This document shows positions 1 through 12,145 of a stretch of 64,000 nucleotides of DNA, piece by piece (the first letter of the stretch is position 1; the number at the start of each line of letters is the position of its first letter). Under the pieces are notes generated by a model. The model saw only the letters and a program-made list of their open reading frames with translations. It searched no databases and was not told where the DNA came from. A program made the translations under genes and the position numbers. Source of the stretch: Eledone cirrhosa (Eukaryota); the NCBI GenBank assembly GCA_964016885.1, contig OZ024741.1, positions 310,558,001-310,622,000 of the forward strand. Direction: 5' to 3'.

Positions 1-16
1 TAATGTGTTTTGTTTT

Positions 17-1560
17 TTATGTGTACTGTTTCTGTTTGTAGTTTTCTTTTTGTGGTTGGAGTTTGTGATTGTGGTGGTGTGGGTGTTTGTTTTGTTGGTG
101 AAGTGTTGGTGGTGATTGTGTTGTTGGTGTGTTTGCCGTTTGTGGCGGTGTGTTTATGGTGGGGTTGGGTGTGTGCGTCTTTTCTGTAGATGTTTTTGTG
201 TCTTTTTTGTTTTTTAGATTTTTTGGGATTCTCTTCATTCTCACTTGAAGATGTAGAGGCTCCCGTGTCTGAGACTTCTGAATCAGGGGTAGATGGAAGC
301 GGTATGTTGTGTGGTGGAGTGTTTGTGCAGGTGTTTGTGGAAGTATTTGACAGGGGGGGGGAGGCAATGGAGGGTTTTTCAGTGGGATTTTGTGTGTGGT
401 TGTCTCTGGTCTGTGGTGGGGTGGGAGTGGATGTTGCAGGTGTTTGTGTTGTGCTTGGTTTGGAGTGTTGATGCTGGGGTTTTGGTGTTGGTGATAACAC
501 CTTGTTTGTCCTCGGTTTGTTTAAGAAAGGGCAAAAGGCCTTTAAGTGTGTGGTTTATCTACACTTATGGCACTGACGTCTTTTCCCCTCCACTCAAATT
601 GAGATAACATATTCCTGAAGGACGATCCTGTCCGGTATTTTCTCAACTCTCTCTGGCCTCATTTGTACCAGAACCTCGATGCAGGTTCCAAACCAGTTAC
701 GCCGGTCTGTCCTGTCTACAGATAGGAGGGTGTCCTCATCCTTCTTCAGGATGCAGCGTAGGATCCACCATATGTTGACCTCTGTTGGGATCCTGGTTAT
801 TTTTATTTTGTAGGATCTTCTTCCCATGTATGTGGGGAAGAAGATTTGTTGATCCGTTTTTATTGGGTGAACCGAGTGTTTTTGTGCCAGAGTTTCGCTC
901 TTAAAGAGCACTGACCCAAATATTGGGACTTTTGGGGAATGTCGATGGAGTAGTATTTAAAATCTTGTTGCTGTAAATAAAATTTTGTTATTGTTGTTGT
1001 TGGTGGTGATGATGGTCTCATTCGTTGTGTTGCCACTGATTCCTTTTGTTGTGTTGTTGTTGATCTCATTTATTGTGTTGTTGTTGTTGTTGGTTGTGGT
1101 GGTGTTAGTGTTTGCTACACATACTTCCTTCCGTGTGTGGATACATGTGACGTTTGTGACGTTTGTGACGTTAGGCGTGTTCAGTTGCTTACAAGCAGCT
1201 GAAGTTTGTTCCTCTTCTAAATGTTGAGTCGATAATGTTGGCATTCCTTTGTCCATGTCTGCTACTACCTGCTGGTCAAGTAGGCATGGCTTTCCCTTTC
1301 CATCTTCTTGTTTTGACGGAGAAGTAGATGCCTTTGCTTCAGCCATTTTTTAAAAATTGAAGTGTGTTGCAAACATTTTTTTCGAATATATTTTGGATGT
1401 TTTTGCCCTGAGGGGCACGATATTTTGGGAGACTGCCCAGAACAAAATTTGACCTGTCAGTCCCTCTACAAATTGGCATAAAATTAAAAGTTCACAATGA
1501 CGAATTTGTAAAGAAATTTAAACAAAACTTACCGAGCAAGTTGAACACATGTGTCCATCC
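17..1560 (-). mobile_element. Tx1/L1-like LINE, 5' part with degraded ORF1 (gag-like, CCHC zinc knuckle)
   Basis: Minus ORFs 957-1346 and 594-911 continue after a frameshift into VEGKRRQCHKCR*TTHLKAFC (C-X2-C-X4-H-X4-C with an internal stop) near 530-590, followed by a low-complexity T/P/Q-rich region. Confidence 0.7.
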
Positions 1561-1594
1561 CAGAGATAGATAGTTAGACAAATGGATAGATAGA

Positions 1595-2740
1595 TATCTT
1601 TCTTTATTTGCCACAGGGGCGTACAAAAATGGGACATTACAATGATGAATAACCATAAACTATATATAAAATAAAACAATCGAAACCCCCATTAGGGGGG
1701 AACGTTACTGCGGGGTTGTTTTACATCCCCGTGGATAGAACAACCATCAACACCAGGAACACGTGTTGTAGGTGTTCCCGTCTTCCCCCTGTTTATCTTC
1801 CTCAACCTACAGGTATAGATACAGAGAAGGCCCATTCACTCGGGCCATTTTCGCTACATTCAGCCACCTTTCAGCGAATTTACTGAGGTGTAGCCTCTCT
1901 CTCTCCACTCTCACCTTCCTTCTGTGGTACTTAAAGAAGGGGATAAGTTGTTGTCCGGAGAGAAAGATGTTTGCCCTCAGTCATTTTAACCTCGTCCACC
2001 ATATTACCTCTTTCGCCATAGCCACATACAGTGGAAGACCCCCTCTCCTTCCTTCTGAAATGAAGGCGGCGGGGTGATCCTCACGATGGACTCAGCTGAC
2101 AACCGGATGTGTCCTACACGTGACAGTAGCTGTTCGACATAATTCCACAGGTCGGTCACCACTCCGCACTGAACAATTGTGTCCAGAACGGTTTCAATGT
2201 ACTGTTCACATCTTGGACAGATCCTTTTAGCAGGATCTCTGCCAGGGCGTCCGTGCCTGTAGATTTTGTCTCGAACTGGTAGAGCTCCTCGGTAGCACTG
2301 CCAGGCCAGAGACCTCTGGAAGTTATCCATAGGCCTTGGACGGAAGGTCCTCCCGAACAGACTGGTCAGTTCGTCTTCCTCGATGCCTAGAGTTTCCTCG
2401 AGAACGTCGTCACATTTATCCTCCACCAATCCCCTATAGAATGTCGAAATGGAGTCTCCACTGATTGCCGTTTCCGCTTGGTAGAGGGCTGTGAGCCCCT
2501 GAGGGCACTCAAGGTGTCAGGCACCCATTTTCGGCCTTCGCTTGATCCAGAACTGCAGATCTGTTAGTGAGACAAGTTGTGGAAGAGCTCGTCTCACAAA
2601 GGAGAGCCACACCGGTTCGCTGGTCAGGAATACCTGGAGATGGTGTAGCCTCAGCGCGTGTTTGCGTATCATCAGCTACGGTTGCCGAGCCCTCCGTTAG
2701 AAGGGTGTTGACAGCAGATGGATCTCCTCACCAATTGGAG
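1595..2740 (-). mobile_element. Tx1/L1-like LINE, 5'-truncated 3' end (ORF2 C-terminal zf-RVT region and 3' UTR)
   Basis: ORF 2004-2429 has AWQCYRGALPVRDK...CPRC...ETVLDTIVQC...LW, typical of the L1/Tx1 zf-RVT domain. On the minus strand it ends AATAAAGAAAG followed by (TATC)-like repeats. Confidence 0.8.
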
Positions 2741-3425
2741 ATATATAAATAAATAGGTAGATAGATAGATAGATAAACACACAGACAGACAAATGGATAG
2801 ATAAACTGAAGCTAAATAAATAAACCGAGAGATATATGTTGCGTTCCTTATTTGAAGAGATATAGATACATATAAATACAGCTGTGTTATAACTTTGTGC
2901 AGATGGATATTTCATGTCAATAGTGTGTGTGTGTGTGTGGGAGATAGATGTAGGACCCAATATATCGAAATGCACCCATCATGAAATTAAGACTTCCCAA
3001 ACAAAACAACCACAAACTGGTTGTCACGTGATCATATATTTTCTTATCAATATTTTTAAGTGTGTTACTTTGTATAAATGTATAAATAAACTTACATGCA
3101 CGCCCACACACATACACCCAGCCCTCACGCACGTTCTAATTCTGGTGGCTTAGTTAGGATCTAGCTGTTGAAACGGCCGGAGCACAGCTCTCTTTTCCTA
3201 TATGTATGTGTAAGTGTGTGTATTTATTTAAATTTATACTTCAGACAGTTCACTACGAAATTCCGGTTTCCTCATGTAAGATAACATTTCCGTTCCTTGC
3301 TAATCTTTCATATGCGCGTGTATTGACGACTTGATATAAGTCTAGCAATAACACGCCACAGAATACACATTTAGAGGATTTTAAAAGAAAATGCGTGTCG
3401 TCCTCCACCATAGTGTCCACATAAA

Positions 3426-3509
3426 TCACATCATACAGTCCGTTTTCTCCAGAATATAGATTCCTCTGGAATTCGCTCGGTGGTTATCCTTATCATCTAC
3501 AGGTCTTAT
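3426..3509 (-). CDS. Candidate terminal coding exon of the EGF-repeat receptor (IRPVDDKDNHRANSRGIYILEKTDCMM*)
   Basis: A tag acceptor lies at 3510-3512 and phase 0 fits the upstream exon. The frame is uncertain because an alternative frame carries ENGLYDVIY. Confidence 0.4.
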   Translation of the reverse strand: MRPVDDKDNHRANSRGIYILEKTDCMM

Positions 3510-3660
3510 CTATGTAATTTCATGACATTTAGGGAAATCATATATGTGTAAAAGTCACATAACAGAAGCTGTAATAAAACATTTCTTTGGTTTTCGAGAA
3601 TATTATAGTTTTACCAAACTAAGTATAGACATTGAAGAGTTAGTAATACAATCAACTCAC

Positions 3661-3943
3661 ATGTCTACTTGCACTTTCTTTCACAGCATGTTTCATTTGC
3701 TTTTCTGTTTTCGCTGTCTTTGTCGCTGTCTTTTCCGCTGTCTTTTCCGCTGTCTTTGTCGCTGTCTTTTCCGCTGTCTTTGTCGCTGTCTTTTCCGCTG
3801 TCTTTTCCGCTGTCTTTTCCACTGTCTTTCTGACGTCTTTTTCTCTACCTTTTCCACTGTCTTTTTCTCTGCCTTTTCCACTGCCATCTCCTATGATTTT
3901 TCTTTTGTAATTTTCTCTGTTTATCTTTTTTCTTCTTTTCACC
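3661..3943 (-). CDS. Cytoplasmic juxtamembrane exon of the EGF-repeat receptor, with a 12-bp minisatellite encoding (KTAE/KTAT)n
   Basis: ttgcag acceptor and gtgagt donor. The phase-2 start joins the TM exon as AG|G=Arg, then VKRRKK (stop-transfer). This is the only frame open across the whole exon. Confidence 0.75.
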
Positions 3944-4310
3944 CTGCAAGTGGTTGTATATATTTCATTACAATTTTTTATGTATCCTAATTACAACGTA
4001 TTATGTTTACTCTATCGCCTACATATGTTAATACAATCATGGCACCTGGTTTCTGTGAGAGTAGCTATATTTTGAACAAGTGGGTGGTAAAAGTGAGAAC
4101 TAGATTGTAATGTAGAAAATTGGTTTTCAGGTTTAGACAAAAAAACATGTTACAGTTAAATTACAAATTAATTATTAATCTTATTACAGCAAATGGAAAT
4201 TAAAAAATTATTAAATATACTTAACAAAATTGTACTTAACAAAATTAAAATAACTGAGGAGGGAATGACGACTTGGTAACAATCTCATATTCAGTCATAT
4301 CTATAACACA

Positions 4311-4497
4311 TTGGATTGGCAGTATCGGTAGAGGGTTAGAGACCATGCTTTCCAGCATAGTTAAGTCCCTTTACGGCCTGAGTTCAAATCTCGCCGAGGT
4401 TAACTTTGCCATTCATCCTTACGGGGTCGATAGAATAAAGTACCAGTAATACACTAGGATAATTGCTGGCCTTGTGCCAAAAGTAGAAACAATTATT
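4311..4497 (+). mobile_element. tRNA-derived octopus-type SINE
   Basis: A box-like TGGCAGTATCGGT, B box-like GAGTTCAAATC, body with CATCCTTACGGGGTCGATA, 3' end GGCCTTGTGCCAAAAGTAGAAACAATTATT. Confidence 0.85.
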
Positions 4498-4511
4498 TCT
4501 CATCGAAGAAA

Positions 4512-4703
4512 GGGAGTCGATTGGCAGAATCGGTAGAGGGTCTGACGCCATGTTTTGCAGCAAAGAGTTACGGCCCTTTATGATCTGAGTTCAAATCCCG
4601 CCAAAGTTAACTTTGCCTTTCATCCATACGGGATCGATAAAATATAGTACCAGTAATAGACTGAGATAATTGCTGGCCTTGTGCCAAAATTAGAAACAAT
4701 TAT
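4512..4703 (+). mobile_element. tRNA-derived SINE, second tandem copy with TSD
   Basis: Same consensus as the previous copy, flanked by the duplicated sequence ATTATTTCTCATCGAAGA (~4492-4509 and ~4699-4716). Confidence 0.85.
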
Positions 4704-6231
4704 TTCTCATCGAAGACATCTGGTATCACTAATAATTTTCAGAGAGATATTCTCATCGAACAATCTAATTCCTCCATTGTTATATAATTGAAACAATTAA
4801 CCTAGGTAAGATCATTATTTTAAACAATATGAAATATGTTCTTCTGTCATTTATTTTCACTCCTTTATGTTCTGATACGAATGTGATTTTCACCGCTACT
4901 GCTTAGAATAAGTAACAGTCTTGTATTGCGAATCGGTTCGGTTTCTCAATACATATGTCATGCCAGTTTATATTATTGTGGCCATGTAAGTCATATTTCT
5001 TATAGGCAATATGCCTTAGGTAGATATATCAGTGCTGATGCAAATTGGTAACTATTTAAAAAATTGTTAATCTTATATAATTAGATTTCTGGATAATATA
5101 TTTGATGTTACTCGGCTGAGACTTCATCAGATTGAGTGTTATCCCGTATTTTAAATTTTATTTTAACTGGGTTTGGGAAATATATAGTTATTGAGATAAT
5201 ATCTATAACATGATCTATTGAATAAGGATAATGCATGAGGTAAAGGTATTTGAGTGTCTTGTATCAGTCAACACTTATTTGTTAGAAAGTTATTTGAATG
5301 GTTGACATATTTATTAAAAGTGGGGATGAGAAGCTTTCTTTGTGGGTGCTGGACCTGCTAAAGAAACCAGTCAAAAACACATCATGTTGTTCGCAAGACA
5401 CCTAAATATCAGTATGGTGATGACTGAAATGTTTTTGATGATAGGTGTCCTCAGTTATGACTGACCTGAGCCTAAACAACAACTGAAGTGGGATAAAATT
5501 AGTAAACCCCAACTCCAGTAAATTTTACAGTTATTAAACAGGAAATTATCTCCAGATGGGTTTGAGCATGGACTAATGTAGTAGTGAAAAGCTATAACAG
5601 AATATAACATTTGGTTTCTTCATAATTAAGATATTATTTAATTTCCGAAAACTTTTGGTTAGCAGAGGCGGTAGCGCGCTGTTCTTAATGACATGTTGTA
5701 ATGACTTTATCCTTTCACATATACAGTTTATATCTCATTCAATAGAAACTTGACTTCCATTCTTTCGTCCCCGACAAACTTTCTATGAGTAGTGAACTTG
5801 ATATATTTACATCTAAACTTCCCTAAAATTTGTGTCCTTTAATTGTGATCTTCAAAATATCTGTTTATTCTGCGTTAGTTTTAAACAATTACATCCCCAT
5901 TGGAATTGTTTGGTCTTCTGCCAAATCGATGAATTTTATTATACAATCAAATATGCTATCTGTCTAAACAAAAAATTGAAATCTAACCAAGTTGTCGTCT
6001 TACAGCTTACTTATATGTCTCTCTCTCTCCGTAAATATAGTACTGCACCATTGTGTTCATTGTATTTACAACTAAATCAGTTGCCTGGTAGAGATATTGT
6101 CACTGTATTATACTTCGACATATTAGACTCAATTATAAACTGTTTCAATAAGTATGCATTTGACTCGTTACATTTTGTACTTGTAACGGTATAAAAAAAA
6201 ACAACTTAATATTGATTGGGCTATAGAAAAT

Positions 6232-6719
6232 GTAATTAGCTAATCAAAATATACTAGACCTGAAAAATGCGCAAGCTCAAAAGAGCCACAGAATGTTATA
6301 ATAAACCTTCAAAAGTGTGGGACTAGAGTTGTTGCTAAAAAATCTTGTAATCATTATTTATCGTACATACTGTGGCATCCTTTTATAAAAAAGAGTCTCA
6401 TAATGAACTCAAGACGACGCGATAATTACTTAAGCTAATGTTCAATATATCATATTAGATGTTTAGTAATGATTAATACGAAATGCACTTAAACCGAATT
6501 CTATATTATAAATTCACTTAAATAATTATCATGTCGTCTTGAGTTCGTTATGAGTGTCTTTTTTCTAAAAGGATGCCACAGAGTGTACGATAGATAATGA
6601 TTACAATATTTTTTAGCAACAACTCTAGTCCCACACTTTTGAAGGTTTATTATAGCATTCTGTGGCTCTTTTGAGCTTGCGCATTTTACAGGTCTAGTAT
6701 ATTTTGATTAGCTAATTAC
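6232..6719. repeat. Fold-back inverted repeat (~200-bp arms, ~80-bp spacer) with a degenerate HHR-like motif
   Basis: 6232-6434 is the reverse complement of 6517-6719 with scattered mismatches. It contains CTGAAAA..GCTCAAAAGAGC..GAATGTTATAATAAA, resembling a decayed PLE pLTR. Confidence 0.9.
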
Positions 6720-7464
6720 TTTTAATTAGTTAATATAAATTTAAAAAATCATATATAAATTAACAATATAACTTAGAGAAAAATATTTTGATGATAAACG
6801 ACGAAATACTACGATAGAAACAAAGAGGCGGATGCTTTTGAGCAACAATTACTCTGGTTGGTTGATTGATTAGCTAATAAGACGATGAAATTAGCCAATA
6901 AGACGATACATTACAAAAGATGTTTGGGAGGCATCACCACGGCCAGCGATACCCCTTGAATCTTTTATTCACAAGCTACGCATGTATGTCAGACACGCAG
7001 ACTTAAAACATTCTATTGTTAGTCACTGCGTTTCTAACAGATAGGATATTCACAATATTAAGAACTAGATGTAATACTTTACAGTTTCCATCTTTAATGC
7101 CTGATGTATCTGTATTCAAATAATATCAAGACAAAGCTTGTTTTAACCTATGAAACACAATTACTGTGTTGGTGTCAAGAAGAAATTTCTAAAATGTCCT
7201 GGTCAAATTATGAGGCAATAATTAGTCAAACGACTGCAATTAGTATATTTAATATTATACGTGGATATTATTATTTACCGAACAACCTAACTGGGAAAAT
7301 AAGTATGAATATTGAAAACCCATCGCTGAAACATACGGAAGCCAATTACAGGATATACAAATATAAAACAAAATACAATTTTATTAACTCTAAATCTAAA
7401 CATCAGACAGATTCAAATTCACCAATTACTTCTAACAATTGTATTGATACAAGAAATCACATAC

Positions 7465-7555
7465 CTGTAAAGGGCTACTGTCACCACAATTCCAACTAAT
7501 AGGAAAGATAGAGACAAAATCATCACACCATAACCGGGATGTAGTCCGGGTCCTT
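7465..7555 (-). CDS. Transmembrane exon of the EGF-repeat receptor: (E)[29 protein letters not shown](R)
   Basis: cag acceptor and gtatgt donor, 91 bp, phase 1 in and phase 2 out, matching the flanking EGF and cytoplasmic exons. Encodes a ~20-aa hydrophobic helix. Confidence 0.85.
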
Positions 7556-7600
7556 CTGTCGAAATGTAAAATAGTATATATATATATATATATATTATAT

Positions 7601-7694
<94 letters not shown>

Positions 7695-7724
7695 TATATA
7701 CATATATATATAGGAAAATGTATG

Positions 7725-7821
7725 ACCCCGACTGCAGAGCTCAAGCCGTTTCGACGGCTATTTCTGGACTAAATTAGAATTTTTAGCCTGGTGAATAAAT
7801 AGCCGAACTTTTCAAGGGGGT
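7725..7821 (-). ncRNA. Type I hammerhead ribozyme (U3:A8 variant) in the 3' pLTR, stem III weakened
   Basis: Minus strand: CCCC-UUGAAAA-stem II CGGCUAUUU/AAAUAGCCG-GAAA...GUC-GGGG. Confidence 0.65.
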
Positions 7822-10545
7822 ACTTCCTTATATGGGAAGATTGTAGTTGTCAAGAGGATTGGTTAAAATTTGTCGTAAACACAAATAAGTCTATTTGGTG
7901 GGTAGTAGGGGTGGCTGAACTTGCCTATAGAACAATAGGGGAGTGAGTGGAGCGGTCAAGCGTTGAAAGTGATATGTATACATCAGATTCTAAGGATAGT
8001 GTATGAAGTGGAGGAGGGACGTTATAGAATAGGTAAATCGAAAGAGAGTAGGAGACAATAAAAGATACTAGAAAGAAATAAAGAAAAAAATATATATATA
8101 TAATTAGATAGTGAGAAATTAATAAAGATATCACAATGCTATCTTACAATTACAGGTTAATAAGTTGAGAATAGAAAAAAACTTAAAGAAATTACAAAAC
8201 AGATACAAACTTAAAGGGATTTTTAACACATCTGCTATAAGTAGTTAGTAAAACGTATTCGGCCAATTCTATCTTAAAATAACAGGGGTGGGGGAACTGA
8301 TGCTACAAGGCTCGGTGGGCTGCATCGGGGTAGGCGAAAGGGGAAAGCAGACGAGGAAGAAAATAGGGGTTGGAAGGAAGTGATAGATTGAGACAGGGGG
8401 AAGAAGGAGACAAAGAGGAAAATAAAAGAGGTACATTTACTCATGTAAGCTGGGATTTCTCCTAACTTATTCGGCAAGTGTAAGGGGGGGGGGGGGGGGG
8501 TAGCAGCCCTTGTCTACCCACCCGGGTCGTTATACGGTCTGAGGGCGAGGTAAGTCCTACGCAATCTGTGTTTGCATGCGGTTACCAGTTCATCTTTCTT
8601 GTTTAGGAGTTGGTCCTTCGAAAACAGCATTTGTAATGTTTCCTCCGAGCATAGATTACACGGACGGCGTCCTCCCGTGTAAGAGTTAGCTCTGGACAGT
8701 AAGCTCCAAGTGAGATTGTAGGTTATATTGTTATCTTGGAGGTCTCAGATGTGGCCCGAAAGTGTAATGGCATGTTGCCGAACCGGGTTTCGGAAAATGT
8801 GTCGGTGTTGGTAGAGCCGGGTCTTGAAGTCACATGCGGTTAATCCTATATAAGCTTTGGTGGAGGTGTCCGTCCTGACGTTGGACTGGTAGATCACGTT
8901 ACGTTCTCGGCATTTGTTGTTGAGGGGGCACGTGGATCTATCAGGGCAGTTAACCTCCTGTTCGGCTCTCCACTGATGTCTAGGTTATTTCTTCCATAGG
9001 GGTTGAGTTTTTTGTTCTTTTAGGAGACGATGTTTTATGTGAAGTTAGGTATGGTGCTGTAGGAGAGCTTGATGGTGTTTTTGTTGATTATGTTGTGGTA
9101 GCGGTGTTGTAGTGGGAAGTGTTTTTCGAGGAGTCTAAAGAAGATTTTCCCGATAGGTGTTGCCACCTCGGCATTGTGGGGAGGATTGAACCACGTTACG
9201 TTGCGTGAGCGGCGGTGTCGCCTGTTGGTTCCGGTAAGGGAAGCTGGATAAAAGGATATTTCCTCCCGGAAGCCACTCCGCTTGAGGGCCTGGTTGTAAC
9301 GAGGCGCGTGTTCGTCGAATATCTGCTCATTAACGGACAAACGAGATATGTGGAGGGAGATGTTTTTAACCAGGTTATTGGTGATGTTTCTAGGATGGTT
9401 AGAGCGGCGGTGGATGTAGTGCAGGTTGTCGTTTGGTTTCCTGTATGGGTAGTACAGATCATTTTCGAGGTTAAGGGTAGCGTCCAGGAAATTGACTCGG
9501 GTTAGGGACGTTTGTAGGGTGATTTTAAATCCCCAGTCCCGGAAGAAGTTGATTAGTTGTTTACGGACCCGGTCTGTACTACTGGGGTTGTACCCTTTGA
9601 GGGTGAGGAGCCCATCATCCCAGTACAATCCACGCCGAATGCAGGAAACATTTCGGTGAGTTTAATCCTATAAGATCTGTGACCTCGGCCGAATCCGTCA
9701 CACCCATACTGACGTCGAAGAGGGAGTCGGGAGCTCTCTTTATCCACTTGGAGTTGTCGAAAAGTAGGACTGTCTTCTTGGCGGGGAGTATGATATTTCT
9801 TTCCTGGTCAGTAATGGGCGTGAGTGTTTCAGCAAAGTCCAAGGTGACCGTAAGGAGCGGTAAGGTAATAGTAACTCTCTATGTCAAACTGGATGAATTT
9901 TGTGTCTCGTTTGTCCTCCATATTCCTGAACCCTGAGATTACTTCCTGGGTGCTGACCCATAAGTTAAGTCTCACGTTTTGCTTAACTTTTGGTATAACT
10001 CGGTCTAGGATCTTTTTACTGATTCTTGTCCGAGTGCACCATGATGTCGTTGGTGTTTTCATACTCTGTTATTTTCCTCCGGAGTTGTTGTAGGAATGTG
10101 TTGTGTCTGGGTTTGAATTTAATGCTCTTGACCAGGTGGAAAAGGTCGTTCTCGAAGGGTGAGTGCATAGGGTTCGGAGGGGGAGATTTGTAGGCATTGA
10201 ATCCGAATCTCTCCTTGGTGTCGAAGTCTAGATTGTGGCGGTATCTATCGTAGAAAAAAGTTCTCTATCTTAGTCTTTTCGCAAAAAGGTCGATTTTTTG
10301 CGTGAGCATCGGAAGGTAAAGTTTTGTCGGTGGAAGTGGGATGTTCTTGGTGGAGAATTCGATGTTGTGTTTTCGCATCGTGCGGGTGGAAAAATCGAGA
10401 TATGGCGTGGTAGAGTCGGAAAGTTCTCTCCCTACAGAGATAGGAGCTAAATAACAAACGAATTGTGGTAAGGAACCAAAAGGACTATAACGCACCAGAG
10501 TACTCAATACTTAGAGTAGTAGAGTGGGAAATAGGAAAAAGTATG

Positions 10546-10642
10546 AACCCGACGACAGAGCTCAAGCCGTTTCGACGGCTATTTCTGGACTAAATTAGAA
10601 AGTTTAGCCTTGTGAATAAATAGCCGAACTTTTCAAGGGGTT
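10546..10642 (-). ncRNA. Type I hammerhead ribozyme (U3:A8 variant) in the 5' pLTR
   Basis: Stem I AACCCC/GGGUU, core UUGAAAA, stem II CGGCUAUUU/AAAUAGCCG, GAAA, stem III ACGGC/GUCGU, GUC triplet. Confidence 0.8.
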
Positions 10643-11240
10643 ACTTCCTTATATGGCATGATTGTAGTTGTCAAGAGGATTGGTTAAAATTTGTTGTAAA
10701 CACAAATAAGTCTATCATGGCATTTGGTGGGAGGTAGGGGTTGCTGAACTTGCCTGTAGAACAATAGGGGAGTGAATGGAACGGTCAAGCGTTGAAAGTG
10801 ATATGTATACATCAGATTCTAAGGATAGTGTATGAAGTGTGGGAGGGAGGTTATAGAATAGGTAAATCGAAAGAGAGTAGGAGACAATGAAAGATACTAG
10901 AAAGAAATAAAGAAAAAAAAATATATATATAATTAGATAGTGAGAAATTAATAAAGATATCACAATGCTATCTTACAATTACAGGTTAATAAGTTGAGAA
11001 TAGAAAAACACTTATAGAAATTACAAAACAGATACAAACTTAAAGGGGTTTTTAACACATCTGCTATAAGTAGTTAGTAAAACGTATTCGGCCAATTCTA
11101 TCTTAAAATAACAGGGGCGGGGAAACTGATGCTACAGGGCCCGATGGGCTGCATCGGGGTAGGCGACAGGGGAAATTATTACGCAAATTAATAGAGTTCT
11201 TACTTTTTAGTATAAAGATTTATTATTTATATATTATTTC

Positions 11241-11415
11241 GGGCGGTGAATTGGCAGTATCGGTAGAGGGTCGGGCGCCATGCTTTGCAGCACAGTTACG
11301 TCCCTTTACGGACTGAGTTCAAATCCTGCCTTTCATCCTTACGGCGTCGATAAAATAAAGTACCAGTAATACACTGGGATAATTGCTGGCCTTGTGCCAA
11401 AAGTAGAAACAATTA
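11241..11415 (+). mobile_element. tRNA-derived SINE with 18-bp TSD, inside a 43-bp inverted repeat
   Basis: TSD ATTATTTATATATTATTT on both sides. Flanking 11174-11216 is the reverse complement of 11427-11469. Confidence 0.85.
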
Positions 11416-11924
11416 TTTATATATTATTTATACTAAAAAGTAAGAACTCTATCAATTTACGTAATAATTTATTTAGTTTTTGTAAACATCGTTTCAACTC
11501 AACTTTTAGATATATATATAAAATGTAATATATGGTTCATCTCCTTTACATAACGGTTTCCATATCCAACCACCTACAACTTCATCCCTCAGATTATATC
11601 TATATATGATTCATATATATTTAATTTACTTTCTATTATCTCTACTTCATAAATATACTTTATATTATTACACTTATCAATAGATTGTAACCTTTTTAGA
11701 TGACTACTTGAAATTCTTTTAAGAAAAATTCTAAAAAATTTTCCTTGAAAAACTTTCTGAAGGTTTTAGATAATTCTTGGTAAAACTTTTGAAAGTTCCT
11801 TTGAAAGGTATGGCAAACCCATTATTTTCATAACTTCCAATATTTTATATCTTCAAACATTTTTAATATGTATCCAAATATTTATATATATGTGGAATAA
11901 CGTATTTTTTTTTATATATATGTG

Positions 11925-12145
11925 AAATAACCTATGGTTTATGTTTTAATTATATTCTTAAGATACATTTTTTAACTTTATATCATTTATGACCTCTTAT
12001 AAAATAACCTATGGTTTATGTATTAATTATATTCTTAAGATAAATTTATGACTTCTTATAAAATAACCTATTGTTTATGTTTTAATTATACTCTTAAGAT
12101 AATTTTTTTAACTTTTTTAACTTTATAACATTTATGACTTCTCAT
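11925..12145. repeat. AT-rich minisatellite, ~3 copies of a 60-76 bp unit
   Basis: AAATAACCTATGGTTTATGTTTTAATTATATTCTTAAGAT recurs at ~11925, 12002 and 12061. Confidence 0.75.

Larger units (their letters stand above)
7711..11172 (-). mobile_element. Penelope-like element (Naiad-like), degraded, with ~630-bp direct pLTRs (7711-8345, 10531-11172)
   Basis: Broken ORF with FSTKNIP, QFDIESYY, FDVSMG..DSAEV.DLIG, YWDDGL, FLD, WFNPP and a GIY-YIG region (VIY..AYIGLT..FKTRLYQH). The 3' end abuts (TA)n. Confidence 0.9.

Noticed and set aside
3544-3990. Plus-strand Cys-rich ORF (RCLF/RCLC)n
   Set aside because: It is the antisense reading of the 12-bp minisatellite. Splice sites and phases support the minus-strand exon.
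4311-4400. A/B-box sequences as tRNA genes
   Set aside because: No cloverleaf, and each continues into the SINE body and tail.
4925-5135. Possible minus-strand HHR (CUGAUGA at ~5130, GAAAC at ~4945)
   Set aside because: Stems I and III could not be closed convincingly.
8550-8960. Selenocysteine-type (UGA for Cys) Naiad PLE
   Set aside because: The Cys positions checked (NCPDRSTCPL..C, CNCR, CDLC) use TGY. The stops seen are scattered decay.
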